DNA from: Squalus acanthias
Taxonomy: Eukaryota
NCBI GenBank assembly: GCA_030390025.1
Contig: CM059432.1
Coordinates: 115,260,001 to 115,324,000 of the forward strand
Reading direction: 5' to 3'
DNA: 64,000 nt
Of the stretch, positions 50,300 through 63,010 are shown one piece after another. The first letter of the stretch is position 1. Each line of letters starts with the position of its first letter. Position numbers and translations under genes: made by a program. The notes below the pieces were generated by a model. That model saw only the letters and a program-made list of their open reading frames with translations. It ran no database searches and was not told the origin of the DNA.

Positions 50300-50495
50300 C
50301 ATATGTCGGCACAAGAGTTGGAGGTTCTGCTGCAGGAGCTACACCAAAGGCAGATGACCCTATTTGGGGCTAAAGATCACCTGACAGTAAAAGCAAATGT
50401 ACATCTGCATTGAAGGTTACTGACCTAGTACATGCAGTCACCCAGCTCCCTTGTTCCTGGCTGCAAATAAGGAAGAAGCATGAAAGCTTCATGCT
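50300..50495 (+). pseudogene. Highly decayed Myb/SANT-like remnant (third Harbinger-like lineage)
   Basis: ELEVLLQELHQRQMTLFG, then after a frameshift VTDLVHAVTQLPCSWLQIRKK; possible right TIR AAAATTTATCCCC at 51185-51197. Confidence 0.55.
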
Positions 50496-52024
50496 GCAGC
50501 AACCTTCAGTTATACATGAATAGCCACTTGGATCTAGATGTAGTGTGCCGGTCATTATGTAGCAGATGGTACAACAGTGTGACAGCCTGTCTTGTGAAGC
50601 AGAGGTGGTGAAGACAGGTTTACTTTGACATGTGAGGGGGTAATAAGAGTTGTGCTTCAGAAGGTATTGCACCTCTTTTTGGTGGCCCCTGATCTGAAGC
50701 ATCCAGCACAATCAGAAACCGTTAAAGAATTCCCATGTGTGCCACCTTGTACAATGCCATTTAAATGCCTGCAGCAACCAAGTAAACTGGGAAAAGATGT
50801 ATTGGCAGCAACAAAAAAAAAATGAAAATACAGAAATGGCAGAGTTTCCAGCAAAAACGAACGCACAGGGCAAAATGCAGCAGCCTTCACCAGAAAACGC
50901 TAATAAAAATCCCTGTGGATGACCCAGTTTTAAAAGGCCTGCTCACCCCAGGAACCCTGGTGCGCCCATTTCACTGGGCAAACGGCTTGCCATAGATGGT
51001 CCCTGGCCACAAAAGGATATTCAGGAGAAAACCCAAATTCAAATATGCAGACACTTAAAATGATGCCCACACATGCTGGTAACATGGCCTTATATTGGCC
51101 ATGAAAACATCGGTAAATTCGGCAAAATTCCCTGACCCCACTCCCCGATGCCTGCGAGATGCCACACCCTGTGCTCAGCCTTGGAAAATTTATCCCCAGT
51201 GATTCTGCGAGAAACCAAGGAGTCGTGTTTTCATACATTGAACTTAACTGGATGCAAAATAATTCTCACATAATTGATTTCATGCCCATTTTATTTGTAT
51301 ATGTTTTTGCATATTAAAATTATTCCCATGAAACAAATGCCTTTATCTTACTCTATGTAAAAAAAAGTTGTGTTTACTTCATTTCTTTTGATAAAGAAAG
51401 TTGCTGAAGTTGTATATTAAATTAAACAGTCTGAGGATGCATTGCCCAGATGTGTTGGCAGTGACTGATTTTCTAACCACCTACTGACAAAAAAACATTA
51501 GTAGTTGTCAGATTGTGTAGTTAAAAGGACCATCACAGCAGCAGGGCAGCTACTAATCTGGAGCCAAATATAACCAAAACCCATCTGCTTGTACAGATTA
51601 CCTGCCAAGCTATAATCCCAAACATTCATATTTTCCTCTTCTGTCGCTGACGAGTGACAAGGGTTTCAACCAACTGCAGCTTATTAAGCAAAGGACACTA
51701 TATGCAGAACCTATGGGCTGACAACATCCACCACAAGGATGAGTCAATGAGAAGTTTCCAAACTTCTAAGGGTTGAAGTACTGACACAAATGTTGAGCTT
51801 TTTAGTTTTCTCTTCTAGTCGTTGCTCTTAACAGATTCTGTAAAATCTTGCCATAGATGGGTCTAAAATACAGGAAGCATTACAGGTTCTGCAAAACTTC
51901 AAGGAGAATATTATCATCTCTGGGGAATTTTCCAATCTGCCAAAACTCCATTCAATGAACTCAGCTCCAACCCAGCCTTGTTAGTTGCTGGGTAATGCTT
52001 GTGCTCCAACATGTGTTATACTCA

Positions 52025-52620
52025 CAGAATGATACAGCACGGAAGGAGGCCATTCAGCCCATCGCACCTGTGCCGGCTCTTTGAAAGAGCTATCCAGCTG
52101 GTCCCACTCCCCTGCTCTGTCCCCATAGCCCTGTAATTTTTTCATTTCAAGTATTTATACAATTCCACTTTGAGAGTTACTATTGAATCTGCTTCCACCA
52201 TCCTTTCAGGCAGTGCATTCCAGATCACAAACCTCACTGCGTAAAATGACATTTCCTCATGTTGCCTCTGGTTCTTTTGCCTATTACCTTAAATCTGTGT
52301 CCTCTGGTAACTGACCCTTCTGCCAGTGGAAACAGTTTCTCCTAATTTACTCTATCAAAAACCTTCATGATTTTGAACACCTCTATCAAATCTCCTCTTG
52401 ACCTTCTCTGCTCTAAGGAGAACAACCCCAGCTTCTCCAGTCTCTCCACATAACTGAAATCCCTCATCCCTGGTACCATTCTAATAAATCTCTCTGCACC
52501 CTCTCCAATGCCTTGACATCCTTCCTAAAGTGAGGTGCCCAGATTTGCACACAATACTCCAGCTGAGGCCTAACCAGTGTTTTATAAAGGTTTAGCATAA
52601 CTTCCTTACTCTTGTACTCT
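52025..52620 (-). mobile_element. CR1 3' fragment (subfamily of 8612-9762)
   Basis: Collinear with 8612-9220. Confidence 0.9.
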
Positions 52621-52911
52621 GCAATGTGCTAAATTTGGGTTTCATTTTATTTCTTTTTCCTCAATGTGTAAGAAAATAAGGAAGAATTGATTGAATACAG
52701 GGCATCTATCCAACCCATCGCACTCTTACCTCTCACAGCCAAACAGAATTAGTGCCATCATGAACTCGCCCAATTCACTTCAACTCCAAAAGAAGGGTTT
52801 TCCTCCTCCAAAGATATTTTTTCCAATGTTATTTTATCCCTTTATCCCCATTCTCATTTCATCAAACCACACCAACTGCAGCTGAAGAATGGGTGACCAT
52901 TGTGATAGAAG

Positions 52912-53020
52912 CAGAATCATCGAATCATAGAAACTTACAGCACAGAAGCAGGCCATTCAGCCCATCGTGTCTGTGCCGGCCGAAAAAGAGCTATCCAGCC
53001 TAATCCCACTTTCCAGAACT
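52912..53020 (-). mobile_element. CR1 extreme 3' tail
   Basis: gaatcatcgaatcatagaaacttacagcacagaagcaggccattcagccc. Confidence 0.75.
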
Positions 53021-54049
53021 CCACCCTGCTTCATATCATAAAATATGGACGGAAAATAGGCGAGTTTATTACAAATATCCAATAGACTTCAGCCTTCAGT
53101 TTCTTTAGGATAAGATGCATATCTACCAACCTAGAAGCTACCAGAAGCTGATCAACAGATTCAAAAAAGAAAGGCCAAATTTTAACTGCCTGTTCCTGGA
53201 TCTTTGCTTCTGCCACTCTTGAGCTGGCAACTAGTAGATGTAAAAGAGTGGCCTAAAGACTGACCTCTCTCCAATTGTCCCTGCCTGTTTCAATGTCCTT
53301 AGCTGCTAAAGAGTGGCTCCTTAATTTGTCACACCAAAGCTCATAAACTCAGTGGTATGAAGGCCAACTGGTGCAAACACATGTCCCATCAATTGATGTT
53401 ACTGGCCAATGTAGCTGCTACACTTTTTGCAATGATGCCCTATATTTAAAAAATATTTTGCAGCAATTTATCTTAGACTGAGAAAGTGCCATTAAACTCA
53501 TTTCCTCAACATGTGCAATTGTTTCTAGGATAAATTATTGTGCCCCAATTAATGTCTTGAGAAACATTTCCACAAAGTTTCTTTCTGCATCTTAGTCTCG
53601 CCCGCCCTCCTTACCACCACACGCTGTGGCCGCCTGGTGAAAGGATACAGTAGGGGGTGGTTAGTTGCAGCAATGGCCCCAAAGACTCCTAATGGAGGGA
53701 GAGGGCCGGGTAGAGGCCTCCTCTCCCTTCATTTCAGCCCAATGAACTTACGTTCATAGGCCTCAATCTCAGCCAAGGCCAAAACAAACTTGTCTTTTCA
53801 GGACTATTCTACCCCATAAGTCCCCGTCCGCCTCTTCAGGTGCTGTTGCGGCAGTCCCACTACAGCACCGCCAGTAGCTTCCTGCCTTGCAGCAGTGGGC
53901 ACCTTCTTGGTAGCAGAAATACTGCCAGGTGCCCACACTGTACTGACCAAGGAAAATGGGTCAGGGTTGTGGTGGGGTCAGATGCATGTCTTTCCCATCG
54001 CTACCATGCCGCTATAGGGAAAATCCTATAGGAGAATTATCGGGACACA

Positions 54050-54525
54050 ATTGGGATTTTATTCGGAGCCCTGAGCAGAGGGAGCAATAGTGGCTTCCTC
54101 ATCAGGCCAAACCTGCTGGAAGGTGGATCGTGAGCCAGAAGAGGCGGCCCAGGTAGGTAAGTGTAAAATTTTTTTTTTTAGGTTTCCTTGTGAGCTTGAG
54201 TACTCCCCCTGGCCTCACAAGGAAACCCTGGGCCTCCCTTGTCCCAGGCTCCCCCTCCCTCTCCCCCTCCCCCCCAAACCCCATTTTCCCACAAGACCCT
54301 GGCTGCGACCTCCTGCCATCCGAATTCCCACTCCCACCCACTGGCCAAGTAGTGGATCAGTCCGGGTTCGGGTGAGAGTCTGAGGAAATTTTTTGAAATG
54401 TGGCATGGCTGTTAAAATTGGCCGGGACTTGACATCTCAGCTGTTTTCGGGTGCGTTGCCCACTTCAGGGCTCGCGGGCACCGTTCCCGCCACCCCCCCC
54501 CCCCCCCCCCGTTAAAATCAGGGCC
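54050..54525. mobile_element. Harbinger-type MITE, right part
   Basis: Ends GTTAAAATCAGGGCC|TAT; similar to 9900-10334 and 31700-32082. Confidence 0.55.
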
Positions 54526-54527
54526 TA

Positions 54528-54800
54528 TGGTTTTGAGGAGAGAATTGAGAAACTGGGACTATTTCCACTGGAGCAGAGAAGGCTGAGGAGATTTTTTAAA
54601 TAATGATTTATTTTTTTAATCATGGGATGAATGGGGAAGGACTGTTTACTGTTTGGGGAATCAGTGATGAGGGGTCATCAATTTAAAATTGTCACTGAGA
54701 ATGAGGAGTAAAGGAGAAATTTCTTTCTAAAGAGGGTTGTTGGAGCATAGAATTCTTTGTTACAGAGAGTGGTTTAGGCAGAGACCATTGCATCTTTTAA
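54528..54800 (+). mobile_element. Old CR1 C-terminal fragment
   Basis: EERIEKLGLFPLEQRRLR coding remnant. Confidence 0.75.
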
Positions 54801-55096
54801 GTAATATCAATGGAACAGGCAGAATCTATAAAGGGTGGGTGATCTGCTCCGTAAGATTACTCCACGAAGAAGTTGAAAATTCCCCCTCCTTTGCTTGACC
54901 ACTTTCTTATTCATTCTTTCAATGCATGTATTTATATAAAGTATCGTCAAACACATTGCTTACTGGTCTGTATTTAGTGCAATTCTATTATTTCCCCCAC
55001 CTCCCTCCAATTTTTCCAACCAACAAAACCTCTGTGTGCTGTTCCAGGAAAGATGAGTGAAAGAAACAAATACATTTCACTGAAGAGTTTCAACAG

Positions 55097-55802
55097 GATT
55101 AATTTAAAAATTCAATTAAACTTGTATAGAACCTTGGCTAAACCACACTTGGACAGTTCTTGTCCCTATATTACAAAAAGGATATAGAGGCACTGGAAAA
55201 GGTGCAAAAAAGATTTAGACGGATGATACTAGAAATAAGAGGTTACAACTATCAGGAAAGACTGAACAGGCTGGGGTTCCTTTCTCTAGTACAGAGAAGA
55301 CTGAGGGGTGACCTAATAAAGATCTTTAAAATTATGAAGGGGTTCGATAGGGTAGATGTAGAAAAGATGTTTCCACAACTAGGGGCCATAAATACAAGAT
55401 AGTCACTAATAAATATAGTAGGAAATTCAGGAGAAACTTCTTTACCTAGAGAGTGATTAAAATATGGAACTTGCTACCACATGGAGTAGTTGAGGCGAAT
55501 AGCATAGATGCCTTTAAGGGGAAGCTAGATGAGTACATGAGAAAGAAAGAAAGACTTACATTTATATAGTGCCTTTCACGACCACTGGATGTCTCAAAGG
55601 ACTTTACAGCCAATGAAGTACTTTTGGAGTGTAGTCACTGTTGTAATGTGGGAAACGCGGCAGCCAATTTGCGCATGAGGGAGAAATGAATAGAAGGATA
55701 TGCAGATAGGGTTGGATGAAGTAGAGTGGGAGGAGGCTTGGGTAGATCATAAACCAGTTGGGCTGATTGGCCTGTTTCTGTGCTGCAAATTCTATGTAAT
55801 TC
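55097..55802 (+). mobile_element. CR1 3' fragment with a SacSINE1-like tail (55543-55675, minus) nested
   Basis: ORF 55160-55402 (KDIEALEKVQKR..RGDLIKIFK); nested piece matches 7730-7860. Confidence 0.88.
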
Positions 55803-56024
55803 AACAGTAGACTAAAATATAACTTTCCATCAGTTAGAATTTAGGACTCAGCTATTCAGGAATGAATAGGTCCCCACTCATTCTTTCTTCAGTTACAATA
55901 TGAGAGAGAGGCAGAAAAGTACAAAAACAGAGAGTAAAAGGAGAGAAGACCTGGATAAGAATATTTAGAAAGGCAGATAAGAAGAATACATTAATGCTAC
56001 TTGTGATGACCCAAAATGACATTT

Positions 56025-58043
56025 ACAAGACTGTCACTGACCTCATCTCCTCTAGAGATCTCCCCTCCTCGACCGCCAACCTCATAGTCCCCCAACCCAG
56101 CACAGCCCGCTTCTACCTCCTTCCCAAGATCCACAAACAGGACTGCCCTGGTAGGCCCATCGTTTCAGCCTGTTCTTGCACCACGGAACTGATTTCTTCC
56201 TATCTCGATTATTTTTTCTCCCCTTGTCCAGCTACTTCTCACTTACATCCGCGACTATTTCGACACCCTCCGCCACTTTAACAGTTTCCAGTTTCCTGGC
56301 CCCGTCTCCTTTTCACTATGGACGTCCAATCCCTCTACACCTCCATCCCCCACCAGGATGGCCTGAGGGCGCTCCGCTTCTTCCTTGAACTGAAACCCAA
56401 CCAGTCCCCATCCACCACCACCCTCCACCTGGCTGAACTTGTTCTCACATTGAACAACTTTTCCTTTGACTCCACTCACTTCTTCCAAATTAAAGGTGTT
56501 GCTATGGGAACCCGCATGGGTTCTAGCTATGCCTGCCTTTTCGTGGGATATGTGGAACATTCTTTGTTCCAGTCCTACTCAGGTCCCCCCCTCACCTCTT
56601 TTTCCAGTACATTGATGATTGTATCGGTGCCGTTTTCTGCTCTCGTCCTGAACTAGAAAATTTCATTCACTTTGATTCCAATTTCCACCCTTCCCTCAGC
56701 TTCAATGGTCCATCTCTGACTCTTCCGTTCCCTTCTTCGACTTCTCTGTCTCCATTTCTGGGGATAGGCTATCGACAAACATCCACTATAAGCCCACTGA
56801 CTCCCACAGCTACCTGGACTACACTTCCTCCCACCCTGCTTCCTGTAAGGACTCTATTCCATTCTCCCAGTTTCTCCGTCTCCGTCGCATCTCTTCTGAA
56901 GATGCCACCTTCCATACTAGTGCTTCCGATATGTCTTCCTTTTTCCTCAACTGAGGATTCCCCTCTATCGTGGTTAACACGGCCCTCGACCGTGTCCGTT
57001 CTATTTCCCGCACTTCTGCTCTCACCCCTTCGCCTCCCTCCCAGAACCACGATAGGGTTCCCCTTGTCCTCACCTTTCACTCCACCAGCCTCCACATTCA
57101 ACGGATCATCCTCTGCCATTGCCACCACCTCCAGCGTGATCCCACCACCAAACACATCTTCCCCGCCCCTCCCCTTTCAGCATTCCGAAGGGACTGTTTC
57201 CTCCAAGACACCCTGGTTCACTCCTCAATTACCCCCAACACCCCCTCCCCTTCCCATGGAACCTTCCCGTGCAAGCGCAGGAGATGCAACACATGCCCTT
57301 TTACCTCCTCCCTTCCCACTGACCAGGGCCCCAAAAACTCCTTCCAGGTGAAACAGCGATTTACTTGCACTTCTTGCAATCTAGTATACTGTATTCGCTG
57401 CTCACGATGCGGTCTCCTCTACACTGGGGAGACTAAACACAGATTGGGTAACCGCTTTGCGGAACACCTCCGTGCAGTCCGTAAACGTGACCCTGAGCTT
57501 CCGGTCGCCTGTTACTTTAATTCTCCGCTGCACTCCCACTCTGTCCTCAGCCTCTTACATTGTTCCAATGAAGCTCAACGTAAGCTTCAGGAACAGCACC
57601 TCATCTTTTGATTAGGCACTTTACAGCCTTCTGGACTCAACAATTTCAGACCATAAACTCTGCCCCTATTTTTTCACATGGCAGCTGTTGATGATTCTGC
57701 CATTTCCATTTACACCTCTTCCAGACCCATCTTTTGTTCCATTACTTGTCCCATTACCATCTCCTTTTGCCTTGCACCATCATCCCTTTTGTCTTTTAAT
57801 CTCTCCTGCCTTCCACCCTATCATAGACCTTCCCTTTTGTTCTTTCCTCCCCTCCCCCCTTTCCCTGCCCCACCCTTGCTTAAAATCTGTTACATCTCTA
57901 ACTTTTCCAGTTCTGATGAAAGTTCATCGACCTGAAACGTTAACTCTGTTTCTCTCTCCACAGATGCTGCCTGACCTGCTGAGTGTTTCCAGCATTTTCT
58001 GTTTTTATTTCAGATTTCCAGCATCCGCAGTATTTTGCTTTTA
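56025..58043 (+). mobile_element. Penelope-like retroelement, 5'-truncated, multiple frameshifts
   Basis: Collinear with 14785-16825; ORFs 55994, 56318 and 56970 carry RT and GIY-YIG motifs; ACATTT on both flanks. Confidence 0.95.
57909..57945 (+). ncRNA. Minimal hammerhead motif with one stem II mismatch
   Basis: AGTT-CTGATGA-A-AGTTC-ATC-GACCT-GAAA-CGTT-AACT. Confidence 0.65.
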
Positions 58044-58412
58044 ACATTTTAAGCTGTGTTTTTGGCTTCAGTGGACAAATATTAAGCTAATGACTGAAAA
58101 TCTCACATCTAGGTTTTTCCAGCGTCAACTAGAGGTGTTTAACTGTCTGTTGCTGTAGTCGCGGCATTGCTAAACCATAATTGCCCACATCAAGCCAAAT
58201 ATTTGCCTGGAAACTGACAAAAATGAAGCATTTTTGTCTAGTATTAAATCAGTATTAGCTCTGCTAATTTGTCACAGCACATAAGAGTTTAAAAACCAGC
58301 TGCACTCATGGAACTCCTGTCCTGCCAAAATCAATACGATATTTCAAGGACTATTCAGCTATCTCTCAGAGAGGAACCAAGGCACACAATTCAAACATAA
58401 ATGTGTGTGATT

Positions 58413-58912
58413 AAAAAAAATATATATATTTATTCGTTTATGGGATGTGGGCATCGCTGGCAAGGCCAGCATTTATTGCCCATCTCTAGTTGCCCTTGAG
58501 AAGGTGGTGGTGAGCCGCCTTCTTGAACCGCTGCAGTCTGTGTGGTGAAGGTACTCCCACAGTGCTGTTAGGTAGGAAGTTCCAGGATTTTGACCCAGCG
58601 ATGATGAAGGATCGGCGATATGCTTCTAAGTCAGGATGGTGTGTGACTTGGAGGGGAACTTGGAGGTGGTGGTGTTCCCATGCGCCTGCTGCCCTTGTCC
58701 TTCTAGGTGGAAGAGGTCGCGGGTTTGGGAGGTGCTGCCGAAGAAGCCTTGGCGAGTTGCTGCAGTGCATCTTGTAGATGGTACACACTGCAGCTACGGT
58801 ACGCCGGTGGTGGAGGGAGTGAATGTTTAAGGTGGTAGATGGAGTGCCAATCAAGTGGGCTGCTTTGTCCTGGATGGTGTCGAGCTTTTTGAGTGTTGTT
58901 GGAGCTGCACTC
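58413..58912 (-). mobile_element. 3' end of a CR1/L2-group LINE (partner of the 757-1062 element)
   Basis: ORF 58486-58914 KKLDTIQDKAAHLI..SLHHRRTVAAVCTIYKMH..SWNFLP. Confidence 0.85.
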
Positions 58913-59734
58913 AACCAGGATTGATTCGCATATGTGCATGGTTGGTAACGCCTTTTGAATTTAGGAGATTGTCATTCAAATTTAATGAAGCTTTGGTAAC
59001 TATTTTGGGGATATTTATTAGCCTGAAACATTTCAACAATCTGAGTTTGATCTGGAGCCTGCAAAGAGAAGTCACCTGAATAGTACCTCTTATGAGAATC
59101 AGACATTTCCATGATTGGTGTAAATATAAAAGAACAGCTATGTATATAAAAGTTAATTATAAAATATAGTTCAGTATCACATTGGCAAACCATTTATTAT
59201 TTTTCTTATATAAGGAGTTAGCATTATCCAATATATATGTGTGTGTTTGTGTGTGAATTACTGCTATTTATACGGATTCCAGTTATTATCCACTAAATTT
59301 GATAATGAAACTCTCGAAAACAAGGTCTGGTGTTGTGTCATTCTGCTGCTTCTCAAAGACATAAGGAGGATCCCTTGGAGGCATGGGATAGAACCAACAG
59401 GTAAAGCAAATCCACAGAAGGGTTTTCTGTTCATTAGGGTTGGTGCAATATCCAACTGAGCTAGATACTGGAGCAAGTAGGAACTCTCTCAAGGATGTAA
59501 GAAGCAGTTATGAGAATAGTCTGAGACTGATAACCCAAAAATATACCGAGAATAAAAAGATCCAAAAACATAACAAATATTTGCCACAAGATTCAAAATT
59601 AGCTTGGTTTTCAAGATTTTTATTTGTGGAATAAAGATCAGTGAGATCATGTATGTTTGATTGCCCTTTAGTTACAATGAGCAGCATGGTGTGACTATAT
59701 GCAATCAACATCACAAGTTGAGCAGTTAGCTAAC

Positions 59735-61269
59735 GGCTCAGAATTTGCGGTCAGCGGCGAAGCGAAGGCATTCGCTGCTGGCCCCGAAGTACACTTCGCA
59801 AAAGGATCTTGCGATCCCTGTGCCAAGAACTTTGGGTTTTCGGACCTACAATTCAATTCTATGGCAGTTAATGGGGATTCCCTTGTGCGAACTGCTGTGA
59901 TGTCAACAGGCTGTCTAAGCAGCCAATCAAAAGGCAGAATTCTCACACAGTGAACAAGGAAGTGAGTAAGCTCTTAAAATTCTAAGGGGGAAAAATTGGG
60001 TGGTGCCCCTTATGGGGCGCTAATGTCATCAGGGCGCTAATTTTAGCGCCCCAAAAAAATTAGCGCCCCTCCGCCGGAAATTCAGTTGTAGCGCCCCAAG
60101 CAGGAGGTACAGCGCTACTGGAAGCACTCCACCTCCTTCTTGGGCGCTACAACTGAAGATCGTGGTGCAATGTGCAACAGCGCCACGCACGTCGGCACAT
60201 AGCACCGCGTCATTGCAGGCCTCCTCCCCTGATTAAAGGGGAGGGGCCTAGCGCTACGCGCACTGGGGCCCTGCTGGACCACCGGGGAGCGAGGTGCCAT
60301 GAAAACAGCCCGGCACTAAAGATGAGTGCCGGGCTGAGCGATCACGACCGGCACCCCAGAAAATAAAAAAGGGAAGGGGGCAGGTACTGGCAGTCGGACC
60401 AAAAAAAATGGCCGGCCGAAACCTGCCCTTTAAGTAGCATCGCTGCCGCTGCAAAAACGCCCCCTGATCCTGTCGGACATATCGTCCGGCGATAGGTCAG
60501 GGGCGCAAGTGAAGTTTGCGGCCGGGGCGCGAGCGGGGTGATGCGCACGGTGATGATGTCATTGCTGGCGGCGCAGCGCCGCAGGGCGCTACTGGCTATT
60601 GCCGCTGCTAACCTCCCACTGAATTTTGCGGGAGGCATTAGCGGCGCCGCGCCCGGGTGCTAGGGGATCTGCGTTCCGCTAGCACCCCCGGGGCTGCTAA
60701 CGGGGCGCAAATCAACCCAATTTTTCCCCCTAACTTTTTAAAAATGTTATCGAGAGCAAAACAAAGATTGGGGCTCTCACATGGGGAAAAGTCAAACCTG
60801 AAATAAAGATGGACAAACTTCAAAAAAAAAATTAAAACATTTTTTTGAAAACCTTCTGAAAATTTTTCATTTTAAATGTTAATTAAAATTTCACACTGCA
60901 CAAAATTAAAATTAGTTTTCTAGGCCCTTAACATTTGTTTAGCAGTAATAATGCTGTTAAAACCCCAGTTACACCTAATCCCTTTGGGTCTAACTTTTAG
61001 TGGGGAATCTAACAGCATAATTACTGCGGGTGGGATAAAGTTTTCATCAGTTTCAATGATTTGGCTGATTAGACAGATTGCTGGCTCTGTGGGAGGCGGG
61101 GGGGGGGGGGGGGGGGGAGGCACAGCGCAGCCTATTTCGGAGTTGTCAATGACAGACCCCAACTTCAGGATTTCCGCCTGCGCATGCGCCAAATCCCGAA
61201 GTTGCGGTCAGTTTCAAAGGCGGAATGACGGCGAACACTGCAAATCACCCCGACTGCAAATTCCGGGTC
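59735..61269. mobile_element. Harbinger-type MITE hosting another MITE
   Basis: Imperfect TIRs GGCTCAGAATTTGC / GCAAATTCCGGGTC; flanks AAC / ATT do not match well. Confidence 0.6.
59986..60730. mobile_element. GC/CpG-rich Harbinger-type MITE (family of 32094-32832)
   Basis: Perfect 16-bp TIR GGGGGAAAAATTGGGT; TSD TAA. Confidence 0.92.
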
Positions 61270-61519
61270 ATTATTTTTGAGATCAGCAAAAAGGGAAAGT
61301 AACATATTTTTGAACTACCTTTACAAATCTCCATTCGGAACTTCGCCTGATCAAAAATAACTTTAGCAAACAGCACACATGCAGCGTAATTCCATGTTTT
61401 CTTAAAGTATTCAACCAAAACAAAAAAAACATCTGCTCTTCAATTAAATATCTGAGCCTATAGCTTTACGATTGCCTGCTAACTCTCTGAGATAAATAGA
61501 AGTTTTTCTTAAATTCGGC

Positions 61520-61870
61520 TTCCAGCCTTCATGAACGCCTGGTAATCCAGAATACCGCAGCCTCAGTCCTCTCCCACAACATCCTAGATACCCATCATCC
61601 GCAATCTGACTCAGCTTTACTGGTGCCTTGTGCCCCAGCAAATTAACTTCAATGTACTCATTTTCATTTTTAAATCCCTCCATGGACTCATCCAAGCTTT
61701 TTGGAAAGTCTTCTGCAGCCAATCATCCTTTTCACACCTCTGATTCCAGATTACTGTTCACCTCTACCATCAGAAGCCAATCTTCGAGCCTCTCCATTGG
61801 AACTCTCTTCCAAAATCACTTTGCATTGCTACCTCTCTCCCTGCCTTCAAAAGCCTCCTAAAACCTACAG
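61520..61870 (+). mobile_element. Old L2 LINE 3' remnant
   Basis: LVIQNTAA..QLYWCLVPQQINFNVLIFIFKSLHGL..WNSL..FKSLLK, homologous to 2413-2900. Confidence 0.8.
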
Positions 61871-62199
61871 TGAAAATCCACAGACAGAGTCACATGTTGG
61901 AGTTGTCATCTTCTTCCAGCTATATGTGGCTCAGACTATGTTTAACAATCAACAATTATCTATGGTACAAAGTCAGAACACAACAGCAGTTCACCTTTTT
62001 GTGGATTCACTTTGAGTGGATTGGCTTCTCCCTCAAGCAATGGTCTTGTGACTAACCAAATAACTAAGAGTTGCAAAAATCTATCAAGTTAAGCTGGTGC
62101 ATGATTTATGTTTTTTAACCTCTTATGTACTATGAAAAATTAAAGAAGCCAAAAATACCTAGAATAAAAGGAGTGAAAGAAACCCCAAAGCGAGAGCTG

Positions 62200-62490
62200 G
62201 GCCTGTTTCTGGCTGGGGCGGAGATCACCTCTTACAGAAGGGAATTCAGGGCCAGAGTGATCTCCTGGACTAGTTTCAATCACCTAGATGGGTCAGAGAG
62301 GAATTTCCCAGATTTTTTCCCCCCAAATTGGTCTGGGGTTTTTTATCTGTTTTTTTGCCTCTCCCAGGAGATCCCATGGTTTCGGGTGGGGTGGGGAGTG
62401 TATTTGTTGTGATACTCAAGGTATCACAATTGTGTGGGACAGACTGGATGGACCAGATGGTCTTTATCTGTCCATCATTGTTCATATAAT
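62200..62490 (+). mobile_element. Probable CR1-type 3' UTR/tail
   Basis: Ends gggacagactggatggaccagatggtcttt, a CR1-like terminal stem-loop. Confidence 0.5.
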
Positions 62491-63010
62491 AGTCTGTTAC
62501 ATTGCAACTGCAATATGACATTCCATCTCAGGGGAAAAAGAAACCTGACAACTTGTCTCACTCCTGATATTAATCAATCATGAAACAGCAGGGATATTGG
62601 TTGTGAAGCATTCAGCAGTTCAGATCAATCTGCACTGTCACTGGGGTTGCAGTGTCAAGGTAAGTGGAAATTATTTAGAAAATCTTATATTTTTAATACT
62701 TTATGTTTCATAAATAGTTCATTAATCTTAATTTAAAAGCTTTAGATTTTAGTGGTTAAAATTTTGGGATTTAATTAAGAAATTTAATCTGTTAACTGAC
62801 AGCCATAACTGCACACTGTCCTTTTTCATTCAGTGCAAAGTCTGACAAATGTGTTTCCTGACTAGATGATCTTTATATTTCTGGCATGAATAAATTAATC
62901 CATTAACAGAATATGATCAGCTTGTTGAGTAATCAGCCATATGCTTGGCACACATTGTCTAGTCATTGTCTGCCCCTCACTCACACGAAAAACAATGTTA
63001 TTAAGAAACA

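Noticed and set aside
61444..61722. Minus ORF with YLGCCGRG, resembling a viral methyltransferase motif
   Set aside because: It is the antisense of a recognisable L2 3' remnant
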